Source of the DNA: Heptranchias perlo
Lineage: Eukaryota
Direction of reading: 5' to 3'
Length of the DNA: 64,000 nt
Assembly (NCBI RefSeq): GCF_035084215.1
Contig: NC_090331.1
Coordinates: forward strand, 65,472,001 to 65,536,000
The position numbers and the translations under genes were made by a program. How positions within the stretch are numbered: the first letter of the stretch is position 1; each line of letters opens with the position of its first letter. A model generated the notes under the pieces. That model did no database searches, had not been told where the DNA came from, and saw nothing but the letters and a program-made list of their open reading frames with translations. Positions 50,501-61,956 of the stretch are shown in pieces.

Positions 50501-52334
50501 CTTACTGCTAAATACTGGGAGTAGTGACTGCCAAATACAGGTAGTACTGACTTCCAAATACAGGGAGTACTAACCGCCAAGTAGAGGGATTACAGATTGC
50601 CAAATACAGATTTACTGACTGCCAAATGCAGGGATTACTGACTGGTAAATACACAGAGCTCTGACTGTCAAACACAGGGACTATTAACTGCCAAATGCAA
50701 GGAGTACTGACTGCATAATTTGGGGATTACTGACTGCGAAATACAGGATTTACTGACTGTCAAATACAGGGATTACTTACTGCTAAATACAGGGATTACT
50801 TACTGCTAAATATAGGGATTACTGACTGGCAAATATAGGGAGTACTGACTGCCAAAGACAGGGAGTACTGACTTCTAAATACAGGGATGTCAAGTACAGG
50901 GATTACAGACAGCCAAATACCACGATCACTGACTGCTAAGTACAGGAAGTCCTGTCTGCCAAATACAGGGATTACTGACGGTCAAATGCAGCCATTACTG
51001 ACTGTCAAATATAGTGATTAGTAATAAATGGATTATTGACTGTCAAGGACCAGGAGTACTGATTACCTATTGCAAGGAGTACCGATTGTCAAATGCAGGG
51101 ATTAGTAATACATGGATTATTGACTGTCAAGGACCAGGAGTACTGATTACCTATTGCAAGGAGTACCGATTGTCAAATGCAGGGATTACTGACTGCTAAA
51201 TACAAGGGTTACTCACTGCCAAATACAGAGAGTTCTGTCAGTCTATTGCAGGCAGTACTGACTGTCAAATACAGGGAGTAGTAAATGTCAAGTACAGGGA
51301 TTACGGACTACCAAATACAGAGAGTGCTGACTGCAAAATACAGGGATTACTGATTGTCAATTTCAGGGATTGCGGATTCCAAATGCAACGATTACCGAAT
51401 GTCAAATACATGGATTACTAACGGTCAAGTACAGGGATCAGTGACTGCCAATACAGCGAGTGCTGAATGCCAAATACAACATAAGAATATAAGAAATAGG
51501 AGCAGGAGTAGGCCGCATGGCAACCTCGAGCCTGCTCCACCATTTAATAAGATCGTGGCTGATCTTCGACCTCAACTTGACTTTCCAGCCTGATCCCCGT
51601 TCCCCTAGAGTCCAAAAATCTATCGATCTCAGTCTTGAATATACTCAATGACTCAGCATCCACAGCCCTCTGGGATAGACAATTCCTCGGATTCACAACC
51701 CTCTGAGTAAAGAAATCTCTCCTCATCTCAGTCTTAAATGCCGACCCCTTATCCTGAGACAATGCCCCCTAGTTCTAGACTCTCCAAGCCCTCTCAGAAT
51801 CTTATGGGCTCGATTTTCCCAGGAAATTACGGGTGCGTTGGGGGCTCCAAAAATCGGTGAAATCCCATTGGGGTTCAGAGCCCGGCTCCAATCCACAGAC
51901 TTCCGGGTTCCCCACTGACGCGTCTGGGTGCGCCCGTGCCTCCCGAATGCGGAAGTCCCACCGGCAATTAAAGTCGGCGGGTTGATACTTTACACAGTTG
52001 TTGAGGTAGTTTAAGTACTTGAAGTACTTAATTTTCTCCACATTTTGTCAGGGGTGCGATTTTGAAGCATCCTCAGCGTGTTTCCCGTGCAGTGGGAAAC
52101 ACTTCCTGTTGTAACAGAAGTGTTTCAACCAGCAGCCAGTGGGACAGTCAAATGCTTATTTGAAAGATGGGGAGAAAAGGTCACTTATTGCAGCAGGGCA
52201 CTCAGTTCTTTCAGACAAAGTTTTGGCTGCAAGATCTCTGTGTTTGCACTGAAAATTCTTACTTTCCACTCAAGATTCTGCTGTTCAAACATATTTAACT
52301 ACTTTGCGGAACCGCTCAAACTCACAACATCAAG

Positions 52335-53566
52335 ATGGGGGGGCGCCATGGTTGTATTCACCACTACACCCGAGGACGAGCAACATCACCAGCCTCGCCA
52401 GGCACAGCTTCCACCTCAACCACGTGGAGCTCCACAACACAGTGCTGCTCCACAAGCACTTGCACAAGAGCACGGAGGGCAACAACAGAGAGAGCGCCGT
52501 CACAGGAGGCACTACCCTCGCCACAGGGTCTACAGACTGAGGCTCAGCTTCCTGGACCTCTCTAAGGAGCAATGCCTACAGTAGCTCAGAGTCAGTCGCC
52601 AGGAAGCCTCAGACATCTGCAGCCTCCTTCATGCGGAGCTGCTCTCGGCTGGACTTTAGCAGCATCTCCTTACCTGTCGCAGTCAAAGTCACCGCTGCCC
52701 TCAACTTCTTCGCCTCTGGATCATTCCAGGGTTCCAGTGGGGACATTGCCGGAGTCTCTCAGTTGTCTGCACACAAATGCATAATGCAGTTCATCGGCGG
52801 CTTGTTTCGCAGAGCCTCGTAGTACGTCGACTTCCCCATGGATGACCTCAGCCAGAAGGAGAGGGCAGTGGGATTCAACTCCATGGCTGGCTTTCCACGG
52901 GTGCAGGGTGCAATCGATTGCACCCACATAGCAATACGAGCACCTCCACACGAGCCAGGACTGTTCATCAACAGGAAGGGGTATCACTCCATCAGCACTC
53001 AGATTGTTTGTGACCACCGCAAAAGATTCCTTCATGTGTGCACTAGATTCCCTGGCAACTGCCACGATTCCTTCATCCTCCGGGAATCCAACATTCCGCC
53101 CCTCTTCCATGCACTGACCACCCTTAAGGGCTGGCTCCTCGGGGACAAGGGATAACCCCTGTACACGTAGCTCATGGCACCTCTGAGGAACCCCATCACT
53201 GAGCAACAGCGTCGATATAACGACAGCCACATCGCTACCAGGTCTACAATTGAGTATGCTATATGGCTGACCAAGATGCAATTTAGGTGCCTTGATCGTT
53301 CTGGGGGAGCGCTTCAATACGCATCAGACAGAGTGGGGCGCATTATAGTCGTGTATTGTGCCCTGCACAACATGGCACAACAGAGAGGGGTGCCGCTTGA
53401 GGAGGCCCCATCCACATCTGCCACCCGCATTGAGGAGGAGGAGGTGGTGGAGGAGGAGGCGGAGGAGGAGGAGGAGCAGGAGCAGGAGCAACCCATGGGC
53501 AGAGCAACAGCTCACCTGGCCGCTCGTGAAGCCAGGGAGTCACTGATATGTGAATGGTTCTCCTAA
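52335..53566 (+). pseudogene. Harbinger DDE transposase (HARBI1-like), inactivated
   Basis: LPVAVKVTAALNFFASGSFQ, GFPRVQGAIDCTHI, NRKGYHS, PGNCHDS, WLLGDKG, RSTIE and LHN are present. Stops at about 52582, 52820, 53153 and 53168, plus frameshifts. Confidence 0.93.
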
Positions 53567-53889
53567 TATCCGACAGTGTGAAGAGTCCAGTCCTCACGCC
53601 ACCTGGATAGAGCAGCACCAACATCAGCACGCCTCTCCCATCCCTCCCTGCACAAAACAGTCCTGCAACTACACATACACCCACTGTAGAGTGACCCAAT
53701 GGGTGGCATCATGTGTCGCTGTTCATGTTGAACCTCATGAAAGGGCCCTATTAAAGAAGCCAGTCAAGAATGGCCAAGATGTGGCAGTAGTGGTGACAAT
53801 AATAATATTTAATGTGAGTTTAACATAAAGCTAATATAAATAAAAAACATGACCAACCATCAAACACCCTTGAGCATCCCCTTCGTGCT

Positions 53890-55871
53890 TACAAAATCTT
53901 AGCCTTTCACTTACGACTACTCCTACGTGGTGCATCCCTGTGGCTGCAGCAGAGGTAGTGGCAGGTTGCTCTTGCTCATGCCCTGACTGATTAGATACTT
54001 TGGGCCTACGCCCTCTGAGTTTTGGTTCCCATGAGGGCCGCTCCAAAGACTGCTCCACCTGCACCTGTGCAGGGGCAGACTCGGCCACCTGGAGAGGAGG
54101 CAGCATTGCGGGTACTGGTTGAGAGGGGGGCAACGGGTGAGATGTGGGAGTGCTTTGAGTGGCATCCCCACTTCAATGTCCCCTTCAGCTATCATCCCTC
54201 CCTGGTCCAGGCCCACATCACTCCTACCACTCTGCTGGACGACAGTTTGGAGAACATGTGTGAAACCTTTTAAGGCCAGTGCTAGAGTATCTGCCTGCCT
54301 GTTTAAGGCGGCAGAATGTTGTTCACCGTGAGTCTGAATGGCCATTGTCAGGGCCTGAATGGACTCATTTGTGAGCCCGGCTTGAAGCTCCATCGAAGAC
54401 ATTCCCATACTTACCCGTGACAGTGTCGCAGAGAGTTGCTCACGTCCCTGTGACACTATCTCAGAGATTCCCTCACGTCCCTGTGACACTATCTCAGCGA
54501 TGCCCTCACGTCCCTGTGATGCTATCTCAGAGATTCCCTCACGTCCCTGAGACACTATCTCAGAGAGTTGCTCACGTCCCTGTGACACTATCTCAGAGAT
54601 GCCCTCACGTCCCTGTGACACTATCTCAGAGATGCCCTCACGTCCCTGTGACACTATCTCAGAGATTCCCTCATGTCCCTGAGAAACTATCTCAGAGATG
54701 TCCTCATGTCCCTGTGACACTATCTCAGAGATGCCCTCACATCCCTGTGACACTATCTCAGAGATTCCCTCACGTCCCTGAGACACTATCTCAGAGAGTT
54801 GCTCACGTCCCTGTGACACTATCTCAGAGATGCCCTCACGTCCCTGTGACGCTATCTCAGAGATGCCCTCACGTCCCTGTGACGCTATCTCAGAGATGCC
54901 CTCACGTCCCTGTGACACTATCTCAGAGATGCCCTCACGTCCCTGTGACGCTATCTCAGAGATGCCCTCACATCCCTGTGACACTATCTCAGAGATTCCC
55001 TCACGTCCCTGAGACACTATCTCAGAGAGTTGCTCACGTCCCTGTGACACTATCTCAGAGATGCCCTCACGTCCCTGTGACACTATCTCAGAGATGCCCT
55101 CACGTCCCTGTGACACTATCTCAGAGATTCCCTCACGTCCCTGTGACACTATCTCAGAGATTCCCTCACGTCCCTGTGACACTATCTCAGAGAGTTGCTC
55201 ACGTCCCTGTGACACTATCTCAGAGAGTTGCTCACGTCCCTCTGACACTATCTCAGAGATTCCCTCCTGTACCTGTGTCACCATTCCACTCATGCAGGAG
55301 TTGGACTCCTCCATCCTCTACACTATTGTGGAGAGTGCGCATGGCACCTGTTACAGTACCTCACAATTGTGCTGCTGTCCCTCGATCATTCTCCTTTTAA
55401 AGGATGGCCCCCAGAGTTCAGCATCTGCGTCCAGCTGAGCAAAGTCTGGAGCGGAGTTCTCCCACCGACGCGGACTCTCCACAGCTGTCCCTGCCACCAG
55501 TATATGCTCGTGCTCACATGTGTGTGGTAACTCACCAGGTGCCAACCCAACTTACTGAGGACGAGGACCTACTGAGGTGTGAGCAGGTCCTCAGAGGAAT
55601 CACCATCTGCCGTCACAGCAGTCGCTGAAGGCCCTGTAAGAAAACAGAAGGCACTGAAGCGCTTCCTGCACTGGATCGAGGTGCGGGAGATGTTGCTGCT
55701 GCTGGAGACCTCTTCTGCCACCTCGAGCCAGGCCTTCTTGGTGGCAGAGGCAGGCCACTTCCTTCCGTCCGCCGGGTAGAATACAACCCTCTTCCTCCCC
55801 ACCCCATCAAATAGCACCTGGAGTGAGGCATCGTTGAATCTTGGAGCAGCCTTGCCCCTGTGCTGCTCCAT
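53890..55871 (-). pseudogene. Harbinger ORF2 (Myb/SANT-like DNA-binding partner), internally deleted, with an 11-aa repeat expansion
   Basis: MEQHRGKAAPRFNDASLQVLFDGV...KKAWLEVAEEV...RTSIQCRKRF joins directly to an intron 3' end (TTTTCTTACAG). The downstream ORF is 53923..55314. A TATA-like CTATTTAAAGG lies upstream at about 55920. Confidence 0.85.
54412..55280. repeat. 33-bp minisatellite (TCACGTCCCTGTGACACTATCTCAGAGATGCCC), about 26 copies
   Basis: Read directly. It encodes (ISEIVSQGREG)n on the minus strand. The GAGTTG variant recurs at 54565, 54796 and 55027 (231-bp, 7-unit period). Confidence 0.97.
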
Positions 55872-57869
55872 TGTGGTGTGTAGGTGTTTGCTTCAGGAGC
55901 AGCCATTGGAGGACTGCCCCTTTAAATAGAGCTCCTCCAGCTGACAGCCTGTGATGCGGGTACGCAGTCCGCCCACTGCGCAGGTTTCAGACGGCAAACC
56001 CGGAGGCCACGTTAAGTGGCTCCAATTGACTCGTGATCGTGTGCAAAATGGACATTTTTTATTGGCCGGGTTACCCACGGGCCCAATCACCCCCCGCTGC
56101 CATCCCGCCTCCATGCTAATATCGGGGCCTATATTTTTCAATGAGATCACCTCTCATTTTTCTAAACTCCAGAGAGTATAGGCCCATTCTACTCAATCTC
56201 TCCCCATCGGAAAACCCTCTCATCCCAGGAATCAATCTAGTGAACCTTCATTGCACCCCCTCTAAGATAAGTATATCCTTCCTTAGAAAAGGAGACCAAA
56301 ATTGTACACAGTACTCCAGGTGAAGTCTCACTAAAGCCCTGCACAATTGTAGTATGACTTCCTTATTCTTGTACTTGTACTCCAATCCCCTTGCAATAAA
56401 AACCAACATGCCATTTGCCTTCCTGATTGCTTACTGTACCTGCATACTAACTTTTTGTGTTTCTTGTACGAGGACACTCAAATCTTTCTGAACATTAACA
56501 TTTAATAGTTTCTCACCATTTAAAAAATATTCTGTTTTTCTATTCTTCCTACCGAAGTGAATAACCTCACATTTCCCCACATTATGCTCCATCTGCCACC
56601 TTCTTGCCCACTCACTTAACCTGTCTATATCCCTGTGCAGACTCTTTGTGTCCTCCTCACAGCTTACTTTCTCACCTAGCTTTGTATCATCAGCAAGGTT
56701 GGATACATTACACCCGGTCCCTTCATCTAAGTCATTAATACAGATTGTAAATAGCTGAGGCCCAAGCACTGATCCTTGCGGCACCCCACTAGTTACAGCC
56801 TGCCAACCTGAAAATGACCCGATTGCTGACTGCCAAGTACAGAGACTTCTGACTGCCAAATACATGGAGTATTAGTTGTCAAATACAGGGATTACTGACT
56901 GCCAAATACAGGGAGTACTGACTTCCAAGTACAGGGAGTACTTACTGTCAAGTACAGGGATTACTAACTGTCAAATACAGGAAGTACTGACTGCCAAATA
57001 CAGGAAGTACTGACTGCCAAATACAGGAAGTACTGATTGCCAAATGCAGAGATTACCGACTGCCAAACACAAGTCTTACTGACTGTCAAATTCATGGATC
57101 ACTGACTGCCAAATGGAGCGAGAGCTGAATGCCAAATACAAGGAGTACCGGCTGTCAATATACAATGATTACTGACTGCCAAAAAAAGAGATTACTGACT
57201 GCCAAATACAAGGATTACTGACAGTCAAATACAGGAAATACTGACTGCCAAATATAGAGAGTACTGACTGCCAAATACAGGGATTACTGGCTGCCAATTA
57301 CATGGAGTACTGACAGCAAAATACACGGAGTACTAAATGTCAAGTGCAGGAAATAGTAACTGCCACATACAGATAATTTTGACTGCCAAGTACATAGATT
57401 ATGGACTGTCAAATACAGGGATTACTGACTGTCAAATACAGGGATTACTGACTGTCAAATATAGGGATTACTGACTGCCAAATACAGGGATTACTGACTG
57501 CCAAATATAGGGATTACTGACTGTCAAATATAGGGATTACTGACTGCCAAATACAGGGATTACTGACTGCCAAATATAGGGATTACTGACTGTCAAATAC
57601 AGGGATTACTGACTGCCAAGTACAGAAAGCTCCGACTATCAAATGCAGTGAGTAATAACTGCCAAATATAGGGATTACTGACTGTCAAATACAGGGATTA
57701 CTGACTGCCAAGTACAGAAAGCTCCGACTATCAAATGCAGTGAGTAATAACTGCCAAATATGGGGAATACTGACTGCCAAATACCGATATTACTGACTGT
57801 CAAATATAGGGATTACTGACTGTCAAATACAGGGATTACTGACTGCCAAATACAGGGATTACTGACTGC

Positions 57870-59984
57870 CAAGTACAAGGATTATTGACTGCCAAGTACA
57901 GAAAGCTCCGACTATCAAATGCAGTGAGTAATAACTGCCAAATATGGGGAATACTGACTGTCAAATACAGTGTTTATTGACTTCCATATACAGGGATTAC
58001 TGACTGTGAAATATAGGGTGTATTGCATGCCAAATACAGGGAGCATTGACTATCTAATACTGAGAGCACTGACTGTCAATTACAGGGATTACAGACTGTC
58101 AAAATACAGTGATTAATGAATGCGAAATGCCTGAATTTCTGACTGCCAAATACAGAAAGTACAGTATGTCAAATATAAGGATTACTGACTGCCAAATTCA
58201 CGGTTTACTGACTGTCAAATACAATGTTTTCTGACTTCCAAATACAGGGGTTTCTGACTGCAAAATACCGGGATTACTGACTGTCAAATACAGGGATTAC
58301 TGACTGCCTAATACAAGGATTATTGACTGCCAAATATAGGGATTACTGACTGTCAAATACAGGGATTACTGACTGCCTTGTGTTTGGCAGTCGATAATCT
58401 CTGCATTTGGCAATCAGTACTTCCTGTATTTGGCAGTCAGTACTTCCTGTATTTGACAGTTAGTAATCCCTGTACTTGACAGTTAGTAATCCCTGTATAC
58501 AGGGGTTACTGACTGCCTAATGCAAGGATTATTGACTGCCAAATAGAGGGATTACTGACTGTCAAATACAGGGATTACTGACTGCCAAGTACAGGGATTA
58601 CTAACTGCCAAATATAGGGATTACTGACTGTCAAATATATGGATTACTGACTGTCAAATACAGGGATTACTGACTGCCAAATACAGGGATTACTGACTGC
58701 CAAGTACAAGGATTATTGACTGCCAAGTACAGAAAGCTCCGACTATCAAATGCAGTGAGTAATAACTGCCAAATATGGGGAATACTGACTGCCAAATACC
58801 GGTATTACTGACTGTCAAATACAGTGTTTATTGACTTCCATATACAGGGATTACTGACTGTGAAATATAGGGTGTATTGCATGCCAAATACAGGGAGCAT
58901 TGACTATCTAATACTGAGAGCACTGACTGTCAATTACAGGGATTACAGACTGTCAAAATACAGTGATTAATGAATGCGAAATGCCTGAATTTCTGACTGC
59001 CAAATACAGAAAGTACAGTATGTCAAATATAAGGATTACTGACTGCCAAATTCACGGTTTACTGACTGTCAAATACAATGTTTTCTGACTTCCAAATACA
59101 GGGGTTTCTGACTGCAAAATACCGGGATTACTGACTGTCAAATACAGGGATTACTGACTGCCTAATACAAGGATTATTGACTGCCAAATATAGGGATTAC
59201 TGACTGTCAAATACAGGGATTACTGACTGCCTTGTGTTTGGCAGTCGATAATCTCTGCATTTGGCAATCAGTACTTCCTGTATTTGGCAGTCAGTACTTC
59301 CTGTATTTGACAGTTAGTAATCCCTGTACTTGACAGTTAGTAATCCCTGTATACAGGGATTACTGACTGCCTAATGCAAGGATTATTGACTGCCAAATAG
59401 AGGGATTACTGACTGTCAAATACAGGGATTACTGACTGCCAAGTACAGGGATTACTAACTGCCAAATATAGGGATTACTGACTGTCAAATACAGGGATTA
59501 CTGACTGCCAAATACAGGGATTACTGACTGCCAAGTACAAGGATTATTGACTGCCAAGTACAGAAAGCTCCGACTATCAAATGCAGTGAGTAATAACTGC
59601 CAAATATGGGGAATACTGACTGCCAAATACCGGTATTACTGACTGTCAAATACAGTGTTTATTGACTTCCATATACAGGGATTACTGACTGTGAAATATA
59701 GGGTGTATTGCATGCCAAATACAGGGAGCATTGACTATCTAATACTGAGAGCACTGACTGTCAATTACAGGGATTACAGACTGTCAAAATACAGTGATTA
59801 ATGAATGCGAAATGCCTGAATTTCTGACTGCCAAATACAGAAAGTACAGTATGTCAAATATAAGGATTACTGACTGCCAAATTCACGGTTTACTGACTGT
59901 CAAATACAATGTTTTCTGACTTCCAAATACAGGGGTTTCTGACTGCAAAATACCGGGATTACTGACTGTCAAAAACATGGATTA
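57870..59984 (+). repeat. Higher-order repeat of about 831-854 bp (about 2.5 near-identical copies) containing an inverted segment
   Basis: The marker GAAAGCTCCGACTATCAAATGCAGTGAG is at 57901, 58732 and 59563. Inverted blocks start at 58377 and 59231. Confidence 0.9.
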
Positions 59985-61956
59985 GGTGTACCTAAAAATG
60001 AAGTGCCAACCTGGTGAAGCTACAACTCAGGACTACATGCATGCTAAACAGCGGAAACAACATGCTATAGACAGAGCTAAGCGATTCCACAATCAACGGA
60101 TCAGATCAAAGCTCTGCAGTCCTGCCACATCCAGTCGTGAATGGTGGTGGACAATTAAACAACTAACAGGAGGAGAAGGCTCTGTAAACATCCCCATCCT
60201 TAATGATGGCGGAGTCCAGCACATGAGTGCAAAAGACAAGGCTGAAGTGTTTGCAACCATCTTCAGCCAGAAGTGCCGAGTGGATGATCAATCCGATATC
60301 GGCCTCCTCCTGATATCGTCACCATCACAGAAGCCAGTCTTCAGCCAATTTGATTCACTCCACGTGATATCAAGAAACGGCTGAGTGCACTGGATACAAC
60401 AAAGGCTATGGGCCCCGACAACATCCCGGTTGTAGTGCTGAAGACTTGTGCTCCAGAACTAGCTGCGCCTCTAGCCAAGCTGTTCCAGTACAGCTACAAA
60501 CTGGCATCTACCCGACAATGTGGAAAATTGCCCAGGTATGTCCTGTCCACAAAAAGCAGGACAAATCCAATCCGGCCAATTACCGCCCCATCAGTCTACT
60601 CTCAATCATCAGCAAAGTGATGGAAGGTGTCGTCGACAGTGCTTTCAAGCGGCACTTACTCACCAATAACCTGCTCACCGATGCTCAGTTTGGGTTCCGC
60701 CAGGACCACTCGGCTCCAGATCTCATTACAGCCTTGGTCCAAACATGGACAAAAGAGCTGAATTCCAGAGGTGAGGTGAGAGTGACTGCTCTTGACATCA
60801 AGGCAGCATTTGTCCGAGTGTAGCACCAAGGAGCCCTAGTAAAATTGAAGTCAATGGGAATCAGGGGGAAAACTCTCCAGTGGCTGGAGTCATACCTAGC
60901 ACAAAGGAAGATGGTAGCGGTTGTTGGAGGCCAATCATCTCAGCCCCAGGGCATTGCTGCAGGAGTTCCTCAGGGCAGCGTCCTAGGCCCAACCATCTTC
61001 AGCTGCTTCATCAATGACCTTCCCTCCATCTTAAGGTCAGAAATGGGGATGTTCGCTGATGATTGCACAATGTTCAGTTCCATTCACAACCCCTCAAATA
61101 ATGAAGCAGTCCAAGCCCGCATGCAGCAAGACCTGGACAACATCCAGGCTTGGGCTGATAAGTGGCAAGTAACATTCGCGCCAGACAAGTGCCAGGCAAT
61201 GAAAATCTCCAATAAGAGAGAGTCTAACCACCTCCCCTTGACATTCAACGGCATTACCATCGCCGAATCCCCCACCATCAACATCCTGGGGGTCACCATT
61301 GACCAGAAACTTAACTGGACCAGCCATATAAATAGTGTGGCTATAAGAGCAGGTCAGAGGCTGGGTATTCTGCGGCGAGTGACTCACCTCCTGACTCCCC
61401 AAAGCCTTTCCACCATCTACAAGGCACAAGTCAGGAGTGTGATGGAATACTCTCCACTTGCCTGGATGAGTGCAGCTCCAACAACGCCCAAGAAGCCCGA
61501 CACCATCCAGGACAAAGCAGCCCGCTTGATTGGCACCCCATCCACCACCCTAAACATTCACTCCCTTCACCACCGGCGCACAGTGGCTGCAGTGTGTCCC
61601 ATCCACAGGATGCACTGCAGCAACTCGCCAAGGCTTCTTTGACAGCACCTCCTAAACCCGCGACCTCTACCACCTAGAAGGACAAGAGCAGCAGGCACAT
61701 GTGAACAACACCACCTGCACATTCCCCTCCAAGTCACACACCATCCCGACTTGGAAATATATCGCCGTTCCTTCATCGTCGCTGGGTCAAATTCCTGGAA
61801 CTCCCTTCCTAACAGCACTGTGGGAGAACCTTCACCACATGGACTGCAGCGGTTCAAGAAGGCGGCTCACCACCACCTTCTCAAGGGCAATTAGGGATGG
61901 GCAATAAATGCTGGCCTCGCCAGCGACGCCCACATCCCGTGAACGAATAAAAAAAA
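59985..61956 (+). mobile_element. Non-LTR retrotransposon (CR1-group, Zenon/jockey-like), 5'-truncated and defective
   Basis: GPDNIP, NYRPISLLS, QFGFR, LDIKAAFVRV*, GVPQGSVLGP, FADD and YKAQVRSVMEY. A-rich tail. TSD GATTA (59980-59984 / 61957-61961). Confidence 0.93.

Larger units (their letters stand above)
51806..56129. mobile_element. PIF/Harbinger DNA transposon, 4.3 kb, with both ends and two convergent defective genes
   Basis: TIRs GGGCTCGATTTT / AATATCGGGGCC (9/12) and TSD TAT (51803-51805, 56130-56132). Removing the element restores the CR1 sequence CAGAATCTTATATTTTTCAATGAGATC. Confidence 0.93.
51478..56821 (-). mobile_element. CR1 LINE, 5'-truncated, split by a Harbinger insertion
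   Basis: Tail AACATAAGAATATAAGAA. ORF2 C-terminus at 51544..51762. It resumes at 56130, with RT (GVPQGSVLGP, LADDTK) at 56431..56820. Confidence 0.92.

Noticed and set aside
51030-51195. Exact 84-bp tandem duplication (ORF 51014..51199)
   Set aside because: An ordinary local duplication within the satellite, with no coding evidence.
52335-53566. Domesticated host gene HARBI1
   Set aside because: Multiple stops and frameshifts, and it lies between TIRs and a TSD inside a CR1.
54417-55438. Plus-strand ORFs (VTLSQRCPHVP)n and (CDTISEMPSRP)n
   Set aside because: Antisense shadows of the 33-bp repeat. The flanking Harbinger ORF2 context is on the minus strand.
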